42,233 bases of DNA from a virus (Duplodnaviria; Caudoviricetes), in IMG/VR virus record IMGVR_UViG_3300005613_000136, positions 1 through 42,233 of that record, one strand, 5' to 3'. The translations under genes and the position numbers were made by a program. This document shows positions 35,813-42,233 of the stretch, piece after piece; the stretch's first letter is position 1, and each line of letters starts with the position of its first letter. The notes under the pieces were generated by a model, which was not told the DNA's origin, made no database searches, and saw only the letters and a program-made list of their open reading frames with translations.

Positions 35813-36364
35813 TCAAAGTGTTTCAAGTAATTGATCTGCCAACCCCTTCCATTCGTAAGCCTTGGTCTGGTTCTCTTTCGCAAGATCTACATAATAAGAA
35901 GCTGAGTCCCAGTTGTCGTAAATTGCCTCGCTCATTCCCATAGCTGTGTTGCCCATCGCTTCTTCTAGTTCTGATGCTGCTAGGTAGTAGTAAGACGCAA
36001 TCTGACCAATTGTTTCTTTCTGTGCTTCGATCTTGTCCCGCTCGTTCTTAGCATTCCATGCAATACCCTTTTGCTTCTTAGCCTCTGCCGCTTCGTTAAC
36101 AGCTTTTGCCTCAGCTTTCTTTACGTCTTCTCCCAACTTCTCTTTTTCATCCACAGAGACGTCGTATTCTCTCTTCAGTGTATCAAGTTCTACTTGCAGT
36201 GTCGTATAGTTTTCCACAGAGAACGTCAGTTCCTCTCTAAGGTCTTGGATTTGCTTGTCTTTGCGTGTTAATTCTGAATGCGCAAATGCTGACAGCATGA
36301 CCAATGCAATCATTACTACCACCGTTGCCAACCCTTTCAGCATGTCTTTTTCTGTTTGACTCAT
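35813..36364 (-). CDS. Membrane-anchored coiled-coil protein
   Basis: N-terminal TM segment then a long coiled coil. Confidence 0.8.
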   Translation of the reverse strand: MSQTEKDMLKGLATVVVMIALVMLSAFAHSELTRKDKQIQDLREELTFSVENYTTLQVELDTLKREYDVSVDEKEKLGEDVKKAEAKAVNEAAEAKKQKGIAWNAKNERDKIEAQKETIGQIASYYYLAASELEEAMGNTAMGMSEAIYDNWDSASYYVDLAKENQTKAYEWKGLADQLLETL

Positions 36365-36368
36365 ATCA

Positions 36369-36818
36369 TTATGTAATTGTTAATTGCCCAGACTTCTCTG
36401 CTTGATATTCCGGACGTTGTTTGTAATGCGTTTCTTCAACCTCGGAGATGAATAACCTGCGACGTTTCTTCCTCTGTGTATCCCATGCAGGATGATCGTC
36501 TGGAATCTCTTCACCATTCATAGTTGCAACAGGATCGTTGACTGAGATCTCACCGTAAAAGAATTTGATTCCTTTGATCGTGGGTACCCAATAGCCATTA
36601 TCGTTCGTCTTCTTAATCAGATTGAAGAACTTGAGTTTCCTGAAGTTGGCTAGTTGGTTGTGTGACCACTGAAATTCCTTGTTGATGTTCATTGGTCGCC
36701 TCTCTTGCTCATATCGAGCAACGAATTGGATGAACGCACCAATAATGGTTTTGTTCAGATTGTGTGTGAATGCCGTGGCAGTATGCCCGCAACACTCACA
36801 GGTCTCTTTGTATTTCAT
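36369..36818 (-). CDS. Putative winged-helix protein with N-terminal CxxC
   Basis: CECCG; FRKLKFFNLI...GYWVPTIKG wing pattern. Confidence 0.6.
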   Translation of the reverse strand: MKYKETCECCGHTATAFTHNLNKTIIGAFIQFVARYEQERRPMNINKEFQWSHNQLANFRKLKFFNLIKKTNDNGYWVPTIKGIKFFYGEISVNDPVATMNGEEIPDDHPAWDTQRKKRRRLFISEVEETHYKQRPEYQAEKSGQLTIT

Positions 36819-36819
36819 A

Positions 36820-37209
36820 TCATGTAGGGTCTGGAATCACGATACCCATCTCGGACGCTTTCACGATGATCCGTTCGAGGTATTCATTAAATTCCTTCGT
36901 TGTTAGCTGCTTGGTGCTAGGCACTACCTCATACTCTTTTCCTTCAAAGACTAGGACCTTTCGTGGCAAGAACATCTTTTTAAAGATTTCGTGCAACTCT
37001 TCTGCCGTATGCCCCACCTCCTTTGAGATGAGGCTCATGACAATGCCCCAGTAGTACGCATTCTGTCTCGTGCTTCTATCCTTCCCCCATTTCTTCATGG
37101 TGAGATTGTAGAAGCCGTCTTGCTGCGTCTTTGTTACCTCGATGAACCGTTCTTTGTTCATCATCTTGGCCTCGCCGTCCTCAATTTTTAGGACGAAGTT
37201 TGCAATCAT
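36820..37209 (-). CDS. ninB: NinB-like recombination protein
   Basis: RSTRQNAYYWG...LHEIFK...STKQLTTKEFNEYLERI. Confidence 0.85.
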   Translation of the reverse strand: MIANFVLKIEDGEAKMMNKERFIEVTKTQQDGFYNLTMKKWGKDRSTRQNAYYWGIVMSLISKEVGHTAEELHEIFKKMFLPRKVLVFEGKEYEVVPSTKQLTTKEFNEYLERIIVKASEMGIVIPDPT

Positions 37210-37433
37210 ACATTTCTCATGTCCCGTTTAAGCGATCGCATGCTGTAGATGTATCGCTGTAGTGGAACCTCAGTTTCATTACTTAGGAATTTCTCCTCCA
37301 ATTCACGCCACTTCTCCGGTGGTGTCTGGAAGCAGAAGTCGAATACTCCCTGCTTAGATCGAGAGATGGTTGGTGCCAACCCCTGTGAGTGCAAGAAAGC
37401 TGCGAGTTGGAAGTTATCTGTTTTCTGTTCCAT
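37206..37433 (-). CDS. DUF5659-like small protein
   Basis: TDNFQLAAFL...FDFCF...V....Y....RSLK pattern. Confidence 0.6.
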   Translation of the reverse strand: MEQKTDNFQLAAFLHSQGLAPTISRSKQGVFDFCFQTPPEKWRELEEKFLSNETEVPLQRYIYSMRSLKRDMRNV

Positions 37434-37434
37434 A

Positions 37435-38052
37435 TTAAAAGGCTAGTTCCTCAATAAGTTTATTAATCTCGTCGAGCGTCTGTTCTTGGTAGTCTCGGTA
37501 AAACTCAATCTGAGTCTCAACCTCTACCCTGTTTATTTCATGGATGAACATCGGCTTAACTGTAATGCGCGGATCAAAGAATACGAAGTAAAGTTTATCT
37601 AAGTCCGGATTCACAATGAAGTATTGCATGGCCTGCGCTTCGTACGCGTTATCTAACTCCCGTTCGAAATACATTTGCAGGTGTCTTGATGACGATAGGC
37701 ACTTGATTTCCACAGCTTCCGTGTATTTGCCGTCATTGAGAATCAATCCGTCAGGTGATAGTGCAATGTTGGGATTGTTCTCACTGATGCAGAACCCTAC
37801 TTCCTCTACCTTTTTTGAAGTCTCGGCCTCAAAGAGTGCGCGTGCTTCTGCTTCCAGTCGTGAACCACGGTCCATCGCAGTTTCCTCTGAGACCTCTTGT
37901 AGACCAAGACGTTCAGCCATCAACTCGTAGAACCCTAACTTTCGCTTTGACCCACGACGGGTAATGATATCGTTCAGTTTTGATCCAGTGATCTTTCCCT
38001 GCCTCAAGGAGAACCATTCATCTGTTCTCTGTTCTACGTTGATTGTTTTCAT
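37435..38052 (-). CDS. YqaJ-like viral recombinase / lambda-type exonuclease
   Basis: QRTDEWFSLRQGKITGS, MDRGSRLE, SPDGL, EIKC, Q...Y motifs. Confidence 0.93.
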   Translation of the reverse strand: MKTINVEQRTDEWFSLRQGKITGSKLNDIITRRGSKRKLGFYELMAERLGLQEVSEETAMDRGSRLEAEARALFEAETSKKVEEVGFCISENNPNIALSPDGLILNDGKYTEAVEIKCLSSSRHLQMYFERELDNAYEAQAMQYFIVNPDLDKLYFVFFDPRITVKPMFIHEINRVEVETQIEFYRDYQEQTLDEINKLIEELAF

Positions 38053-38555
38053 ACTTCCTCGCTTAGTTTATCTTTCAATTCGTTTTTAGCTGCGATCACT
38101 TCTGGCTGCGCCATCACACCACCGAGTGAAGTGAATAGTGTCTTCAATTCTTCTAGGCTCTCTGCTCCACTTAGTTTGCTGATAGCATTGTTTACTTCCT
38201 CCATACGCTTCTCTTCCCGATACGCTGTGTATTCCTCCATCTCTTCCATAGAAGCAACCTCTCCGCTTGCGAGATATCCGAGTAGTGCTAGTGCGCGACC
38301 CACAGCAATCGTTTCCAATTTCTCAAAGGCTTTGTCTCCCTTGCTTGGTCCAATTGCGTGGCCTGTCGCATCTGCCGAATCTGCGTTAGACTTATCTCGT
38401 AGGATGTATGCTTCAAAAAGAATGTTTCCATCTTCCAACATCTTCGGTGTTGTCTTAATAGAGCTTCGTGGGTTTTCTTCACGGAACGCTTTGAGTCGCT
38501 TTGGGACTCGTGCGTACTTGTTCCCCTTTAGATCAATTGTGTTCACTTTAGTCAT
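38049..38555 (-). CDS. Putative single-strand annealing protein
   Basis: KGNKYARV..RL..F, ATGHA, EKLETIAVGRALALLG; immediately upstream of the exonuclease; start moved to MTKVN. Confidence 0.65.
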   Translation of the reverse strand: MTKVNTIDLKGNKYARVPKRLKAFREENPRSSIKTTPKMLEDGNILFEAYILRDKSNADSADATGHAIGPSKGDKAFEKLETIAVGRALALLGYLASGEVASMEEMEEYTAYREEKRMEEVNNAISKLSGAESLEELKTLFTSLGGVMAQPEVIAAKNELKDKLSEEV

Positions 38556-38724
38556 ATTTTTTGCAGTGTGAATAACAAGGCGCTCCTCCACATTCCTCAC
38601 AAACATGTAAGCCGACCTTCTTGTAGTAAGGCTGAGCGTTTTGCGTGTTTCGGCTAAGGTCTCCCTCCATTTCCGTTTCGTTGCGTTGCATGCAGTTTAC
38701 GCAAACACAGTTAGGACAACTCAT
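38548..38724 (-). CDS. Cys-rich miniprotein
   Basis: CPNCVCVNC...CEECGGAPCYSHC; ATGA-overlap start. Confidence 0.6.
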   Translation of the reverse strand: MSCPNCVCVNCMQRNETEMEGDLSRNTQNAQPYYKKVGLHVCEECGGAPCYSHCKKYD

Positions 38725-38810
38725 ACAAGTGGTTGAAAACCGGTGAGTAAAATACAAAACACACCGAAAGCTACGAGCAGGTGTGTCGAATTGATGCGCT
38801 GTTTGTTCAT
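38721..38810 (-). CDS. 29-aa hydrophobic peptide, first gene of the leftward operon
   Basis: Hand-translated MNKQRINSTHLLVAFGVFCILLTGFQPLV. Confidence 0.55.
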   Translation of the reverse strand: MNKQRINSTHLLVAFGVFCILLTGFQPLV

Positions 38811-38837
38811 ATCATTGCATTAGTTTCTTATGTACTA

Positions 38838-38866
38838 AGTGTATACCTATGTGGTACACAAGTCAA
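38838..38866 (-). promoter_or_regulatory. Leftward early promoter
   Basis: TTGACT-N17-TACACT on the - strand. Confidence 0.7.
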
Positions 38867-38873
38867 CCCATAC

Positions 38874-38882
38874 TTATCCACA
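38874..38882 (+). promoter_or_regulatory. DnaA box
   Basis: TTATCCACA perfect consensus. Confidence 0.65.
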
Positions 38883-38885
38883 ATT

Positions 38886-39200
38886 ATGCTAGAACAAGAT
38901 ATACAAAAAGCGATCATGGATGTGCTGAGACTGCATGGCTTCAAGGTCATCAAGTTCAACAACGTCGGTGTCTACAAGAAGAAGACTGATAGTTACATTC
39001 CAACGCATCAGAAGGGCGTCTCAGACCTCCTGTGTTGCGCTCCAGACGGTCACTTCGTAGCGATAGAGGTCAAGAGACCTGGGAACAAACCAACGGCCAA
39101 TCAGGAGCAGTTCTTGGAAGAGGTGCGTGAGAAGAATGGTATTGCTCTCGTGATGACAAGTGTTGATGATGCGATCGCTTTTGTCGAAGCATATCGTTGA
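38886..39200 (+). CDS. VRR-NUC domain nuclease (Holliday-junction resolvase type)
   Basis: EQDIQKAI, GVSDL, FVAIEVKRPG...TANQ..F; start moved to MLEQDIQ. Confidence 0.9.
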   Translation: MLEQDIQKAIMDVLRLHGFKVIKFNNVGVYKKKTDSYIPTHQKGVSDLLCCAPDGHFVAIEVKRPGNKPTANQEQFLEEVREKNGIALVMTSVDDAIAFVEAYR

Positions 39201-39209
39201 TATATAAAG

Positions 39210-39218
39210 TTATCCACA
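39210..39218 (+). promoter_or_regulatory. DnaA box
   Basis: TTATCCACA perfect consensus. Confidence 0.65.
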
Positions 39219-39250
39219 TTCTATAAAATAGAGGTTGTGGTATCTTATGA

Positions 39251-39368
39251 GCATAGCCTGCCGGAAACAGGTGCAATTAACACTTCTATTAGTTCAGTCC
39301 GAATGCCCGTGAGGGCGGTGTCATTGCAACACTTTCCAATCGGGTTGGACTAGTAGAGGTGTTTTTTT
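39251..39368 (+). ncRNA. Putative structured small RNA
   Basis: 24-bp stem 39279-39302/39340-39363 with 5 G-U pairs and no other mismatch; GCCC-GTGA-GGGC GNRA hairpin; T7 run; TGgTATCTT upstream. Confidence 0.6.
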
Positions 39369-39678
39369 ATACTCCTAAGACTGTTGGAATCACCACGGCA
39401 CAGCACCGTGACTGAAGAGTGGTTCCTCCTGATTGGGTGGATGCTGTCAACACGAACCATACGGATACCTAAACCTCAAGTAAGTAACCACAGTCCTGAT
39501 TCCAATTAAAAGGAATCTTGTCTGGTGGGACGAGAGACATCTTAGTTACGACTAGAACTCTTACTTAGGGAAGGAAATGGCTGGGTGGTTGTTGAGGATG
39601 GGGAATGCGTTTAGGGGCTAAAAGAGGGAAGAGTATTAGTGTCGTAAAATGTTAATACAGTGCATGATATCTCAAACA

Positions 39679-39687
39679 TGTGGATAA
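39679..39687 (-). promoter_or_regulatory. DnaA box
   Basis: TGTGGATAA, reverse complement of TTATCCACA. Confidence 0.65.
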
Positions 39688-39723
39688 GTAGACCTATTGC
39701 GGGTCTATTTTTATGTATACACA

Positions 39724-39732
39724 TGGTATACT
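39724..39732 (+). promoter_or_regulatory. Extended -10 promoter, leaderless transcript
   Basis: TGgTATACT 6 nt before the ATG at 39739; preceded by hairpin TAGACC/GGTCTA plus a T-run. Confidence 0.6.
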
Positions 39733-39738
39733 GTTGGT

Positions 39739-40203
39739 ATGCTTAAAGAAGATACAAGAGTTTTCAGAGATCTTTACTTGGAGATTCCAGATATTGATCT
39801 ACTCGAAACCAAACACAAACTACTCCTGCTATTGTCGTACGACTCTGACGGACGCAAAGTGCTCACAGACGTCCAAATCAGCCGTCTGACGGGTTTTAGA
39901 CGAAGTAACGTCTCTCGTATCCTAACCGATGGTCAGAAGCGTCTCACGGCATTCTGGAGGGTCAAGCACAACAAAGAGCCAGACGACTATGTTCGCATGT
40001 ATCTGAGGTCGATGCCTAAAGAAATTAAGGGAGCTCCTGAGTACAAGGACTTCTGGAAGATGAGGAAGAAGGTTGTTCACAAGACAACAATCACGGAGAA
40101 GAAGTTTTCATGCAATGATTGTGGGGCTACGTTCCTAAGTTTTAAAAGTAAACTTGATGCCGTCTGCGTAACCTGTAGAGGAATACACGTTTATGAAATG
40201 TGA
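39739..40203 (+). CDS. HTH (sigma70 region-4-like) plus Zn-ribbon regulator
   Basis: LTDVQISRLTGFRRSNVSRILTDGQKRL; CNDC...CVTC; start moved to 39739. Confidence 0.7.
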   Translation: MLKEDTRVFRDLYLEIPDIDLLETKHKLLLLLSYDSDGRKVLTDVQISRLTGFRRSNVSRILTDGQKRLTAFWRVKHNKEPDDYVRMYLRSMPKEIKGAPEYKDFWKMRKKVVHKTTITEKKFSCNDCGATFLSFKSKLDAVCVTCRGIHVYEM

Positions 40204-40315
40204 TAGATGCCAAGAGCCAACAAGCGTCACTTACAAAGATTCAGATTTAGATATGGATATGTGTGGAACCTGTTACACATATGTTCAGTGGGGCAAAACA
40301 TATGACAACAAATAA
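40193..40315 (+). CDS. 40-aa Zn-finger miniprotein
   Basis: Hand-translated MKCDRCQEPTSVTYKDSDLDMDMCGTCYTYVQWGKTYDNK. Confidence 0.6.
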   Translation: MKCDRCQEPTSVTYKDSDLDMDMCGTCYTYVQWGKTYDNK

Positions 40316-41159
40316 AGAAAAAGATTATACCTCAGAACGTAGAATTGCTTTGCTGGCCGGCGAGGTGTGTGACGTTTTATTTAATGTAAAAGATTACAGG
40401 TATATAGGGTTTGCCCACCTAGACTTAGATGATATTGAAGTAACTTTTCATGCAACTGCATCCTCTTATCCCGGACAGGCTGCGTATGTGCCGGTAAACC
40501 ATTGGTTTGAACTCACAGAAAATGGCGAATGGGCGACTTACAAAGAGATTCCAGTTTTTATAACATTCATCAAGCTGGAAATAATAGCAGAAAAAGATGA
40601 CACATTAGAATTTGTTGTCTCAAAAAGAGACAGACCTTTCAAGTTTGCTGACGAATCTTGTTTTAATGACTGTAAAATAAGCGATGTAGGGTTTGAAACA
40701 ATGGAAGAAATGCAAGAGGCTTGTGAACATGAATGGCGCAAGTTTTCTGTGAGAGCATCCTCTGAAGATCAAATGCAGTTCGAAGTAGAGCCAAAGAATT
40801 ACTTTGGAACAGATCCTGATACTGCCAACGAGATCCGATTTACTTGGGATAAGTGTGAGCGTTGTTATGAAACAAGAAACGTCAGTTGTAAGAGTTATGA
40901 CATGGGATTTTCTTGGGAAGAATTTTCCTACCAAAAAGCTCTACAGGAAGAAAGGAAGAGAAGGAGTGTGGATTGTAAACATGAAGAATTTGAATATAAA
41001 AGATTGTTAAGGTGCTACACGACTGTAAGAGATGCAAACGACCCAGATAACGAAAGATATTATGTAGACGGTCAGCCGTGCGATGATTTAAACGCTGAAC
41101 TGGACAAAGTTCAATGCACCAACTGCGGAAAGTTTTATAAACACACAGAAGCTAAGTAG
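40302..41159 (+). CDS. Hypothetical protein with C-terminal CxH...CxxC module
   Basis: DCKHEE...VQCTNCGK; start moved to MTTNK; ends in junction repeat A. Confidence 0.75.
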   Translation: MTTNKEKDYTSERRIALLAGEVCDVLFNVKDYRYIGFAHLDLDDIEVTFHATASSYPGQAAYVPVNHWFELTENGEWATYKEIPVFITFIKLEIIAEKDDTLEFVVSKRDRPFKFADESCFNDCKISDVGFETMEEMQEACEHEWRKFSVRASSEDQMQFEVEPKNYFGTDPDTANEIRFTWDKCERCYETRNVSCKSYDMGFSWEEFSYQKALQEERKRRSVDCKHEEFEYKRLLRCYTTVRDANDPDNERYYVDGQPCDDLNAELDKVQCTNCGKFYKHTEAK

Positions 41160-41165
41160 TATGGA
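41115..41165 (+). repeat. Gene-junction repeat family A, copy 1
   Basis: TGCACCAACTGC-N26-TAAGTAGTATGGA; ungapped match to copies 2 and 3. Confidence 0.92.
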
Positions 41166-41346
41166 GAATAAACTTTTAGAAAAACTAATACTTCGAGCAG
41201 AAGAGTTGAACAAAGAGCACTTCTTAAATAATGGCAGAAGCTCGCTTCCAGTCGTCATGACAGAGCCTAATGTTTACTACAATATTCAATTCGTTCTCGA
41301 GGCTTTAATTGAACATCTTGATCAAGAGTATGACAAACAACTGTGA
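41161..41346 (+). CDS. Hypothetical protein
   Basis: Starts within repeat A. Confidence 0.75.
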   Translation: MENKLLEKLILRAEELNKEHFLNNGRSSLPVVMTEPNVYYNIQFVLEALIEHLDQEYDKQL

Positions 41347-41695
41347 TCACGTATGGGAAGTGGCTGCTGTCTTTGATCCTCCTCCAGCCACATGTGTGAA
41401 GTGCGGAAAGGTTGAAGAGATTGAGTGCAAGCATGAGGAACAAGAGCTTATTTGGAATGCAGGGGTACGTGTAGAAGACTCAAATTCTCCTGGGGTATAT
41501 GAACACCACCAGAGATGTATGGACTGTAAAGAGATTCTTCATCGTAAACTAGGAGAGGAGGTTGGCAAAGAGAAGATGGAGTGTAAGCATGAGGAGCATC
41601 CAGTGTACTACCATCTGCATGGTAAAACTTGGCTGGAACTCCAGCACATCTGCACCAACTGCTACAAGATTATTAAACGAGGAGAGGTTAAGTAG
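41330..41695 (+). CDS. Protein of three tandem CxH...CxxC modules
   Basis: CDH..CVKC, CKH..CMDC, CKH..CTNC; start moved to MTNNCDH. Confidence 0.75.
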   Translation: MTNNCDHVWEVAAVFDPPPATCVKCGKVEEIECKHEEQELIWNAGVRVEDSNSPGVYEHHQRCMDCKEILHRKLGEEVGKEKMECKHEEHPVYYHLHGKTWLELQHICTNCYKIIKRGEVK

Positions 41696-41701
41696 TATGG
41701 A
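41651..41701 (+). repeat. Gene-junction repeat family A, copy 2
   Basis: Same 51-nt ungapped pattern. Confidence 0.92.
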
Positions 41702-41816
41702 TAACTGTGAGCATGAGTGGAGCAGGCTTCATGTAAGTGTGTTTAACGACAGACAAGAGCACATCATGCAATGCACCAACTGCGCAGAGATTTATAAACG
41801 TATAGAGGTTAAGTAG
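41697..41816 (+). CDS. 39-aa single CxH...CxxC module protein
   Basis: MDNCEHEW...QCTNCAEIYKRIEVK; bounded by repeat A on both sides. Confidence 0.75.
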   Translation: MDNCEHEWSRLHVSVFNDRQEHIMQCTNCAEIYKRIEVK

Positions 41817-41822
41817 TATGGA
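41772..41822 (+). repeat. Gene-junction repeat family A, copy 3
   Basis: Same 51-nt ungapped pattern. Confidence 0.92.
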
Positions 41823-42036
41823 CCTAGATAAACTGAGAGAGACCATGCAGGTTTACGAACTTGATGGTGTAGAGGTTATGGCTGTTCATGATTTTGCACC
41901 AATTGTAAAAGCCGTAGAGGAGTACAAGAAGGAGGTGCTGGAGATGTTGCCGGATGAGAAGGAGCCTCAGTACGGAACTTGGTGGAGAGCTTATAACGCC
42001 TGCCTCCAAGAGATCAAAGACAAACTAAAGGACTAA
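41818..42036 (+). CDS. Hypothetical protein ending DKLKD
   Basis: Starts in repeat A, ends in repeat B. Confidence 0.8.
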   Translation: MDLDKLRETMQVYELDGVEVMAVHDFAPIVKAVEEYKKEVLEMLPDEKEPQYGTWWRAYNACLQEIKDKLKD

Positions 42037-42042
42037 AGTATG
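42019..42042 (+). repeat. Gene-junction repeat family B
   Basis: GACAAACTAAAGGACTAaaGTATG, 22/24 identity to 113-136. Confidence 0.9.
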
Positions 42043-42233
42043 GAATACAAACAAATTTCATGCGCAGATGAGGTCATCAAAGAGTTGAAGAAAGGATGGC
42101 ATGTTGTCAGTGCTGTGACCAAAGGTTCGTACAATGAACCAATCTATATCCTCTCAAGAGAGAACCCAGAGAACTCATGGCAATGGAAAGCAGGCTACGA
42201 GCAGTGTCAGAAGGACATCGCAGACAAACTAAA
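42040..42233 (+). CDS. 66-aa protein wrapping the genome junction (stop at 128-130), ending DKLKD
   Basis: Hand-translated MEYKQISCADEV...WKAGYEQCQKDIADKLKD. Confidence 0.8.
   Translation, partial: MEYKQISCADEVIKELKKGWHVVSAVTKGSYNEPIYILSRENPENSWQWKAGYEQCQKDIADKL
42111..42233. repeat. Terminal direct repeat, right copy
   Basis: Identical to 1-123. Confidence 0.97.

Noticed and set aside
36820-39200. Integrase or lysogeny module
   Set aside because: No tyrosine or serine recombinase or CI-like repressor was recognised; the genes here are homologous-recombination functions.
39385-39460. Hammerhead ribozyme (CTGAAGA after a hairpin)
   Set aside because: The downstream core reads GAAC rather than GAAA and no correctly placed UH cleavage site or stem III was found.
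1-42233. Stop-codon reassignment (TAG or TGA read-through)
   Set aside because: Long genes are intact in code 11, and TAG/TGA stops are followed by out-of-frame coupled ATGs.

Overview
The window is a complete, circularly closed tailed-phage genome (bases 1-123 equal bases 42111-42233, so the unit length is about 42,110 bp) with podovirus-like (P22-type) architecture. The + strand carries small and large terminase, portal, probable scaffold, capsid decoration protein and major capsid protein, a block of beta-helix/LamG adhesion-type proteins, a lysis module (amidase plus holin-like ORFs), head-tail adaptor, tail hub and three probable ejection proteins, the last being a 1338-aa LPD38-type protein with an N-terminal HNH motif. 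A - strand early operon (38810 to 31944) encodes a lambda-Red-like recombination set (putative annealase, YqaJ exonuclease, NinB), a pentapeptide-repeat protein, an HNH-AP2 endonuclease and several membrane micropeptides. No integrase, polymerase, primase, helicase, tRNA or CRISPR array was recognised. Almost all starts lie in a TATG context without a Shine-Dalgarno, which suggests (inference only) a Patescibacteria/CPR-like or other SD-poor host. The most unusual signals are: (1) a tandem set of promoter/structured-RNA/terminator units at 1630-2185, with further G-U-compensated multibranch RNAs elsewhere; (2) an array of unrelated small genes (40302 across the genome junction to 1627) whose boundaries carry three successive families of conserved repeats covering the last codons, the stop and the next start, resembling a recombination-shuffled cassette array; (3) three perfect DnaA boxes around a structured non-coding region in a genome without its own replisome. 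All product calls come from motif recognition by eye; no database searches or folding programs were run.
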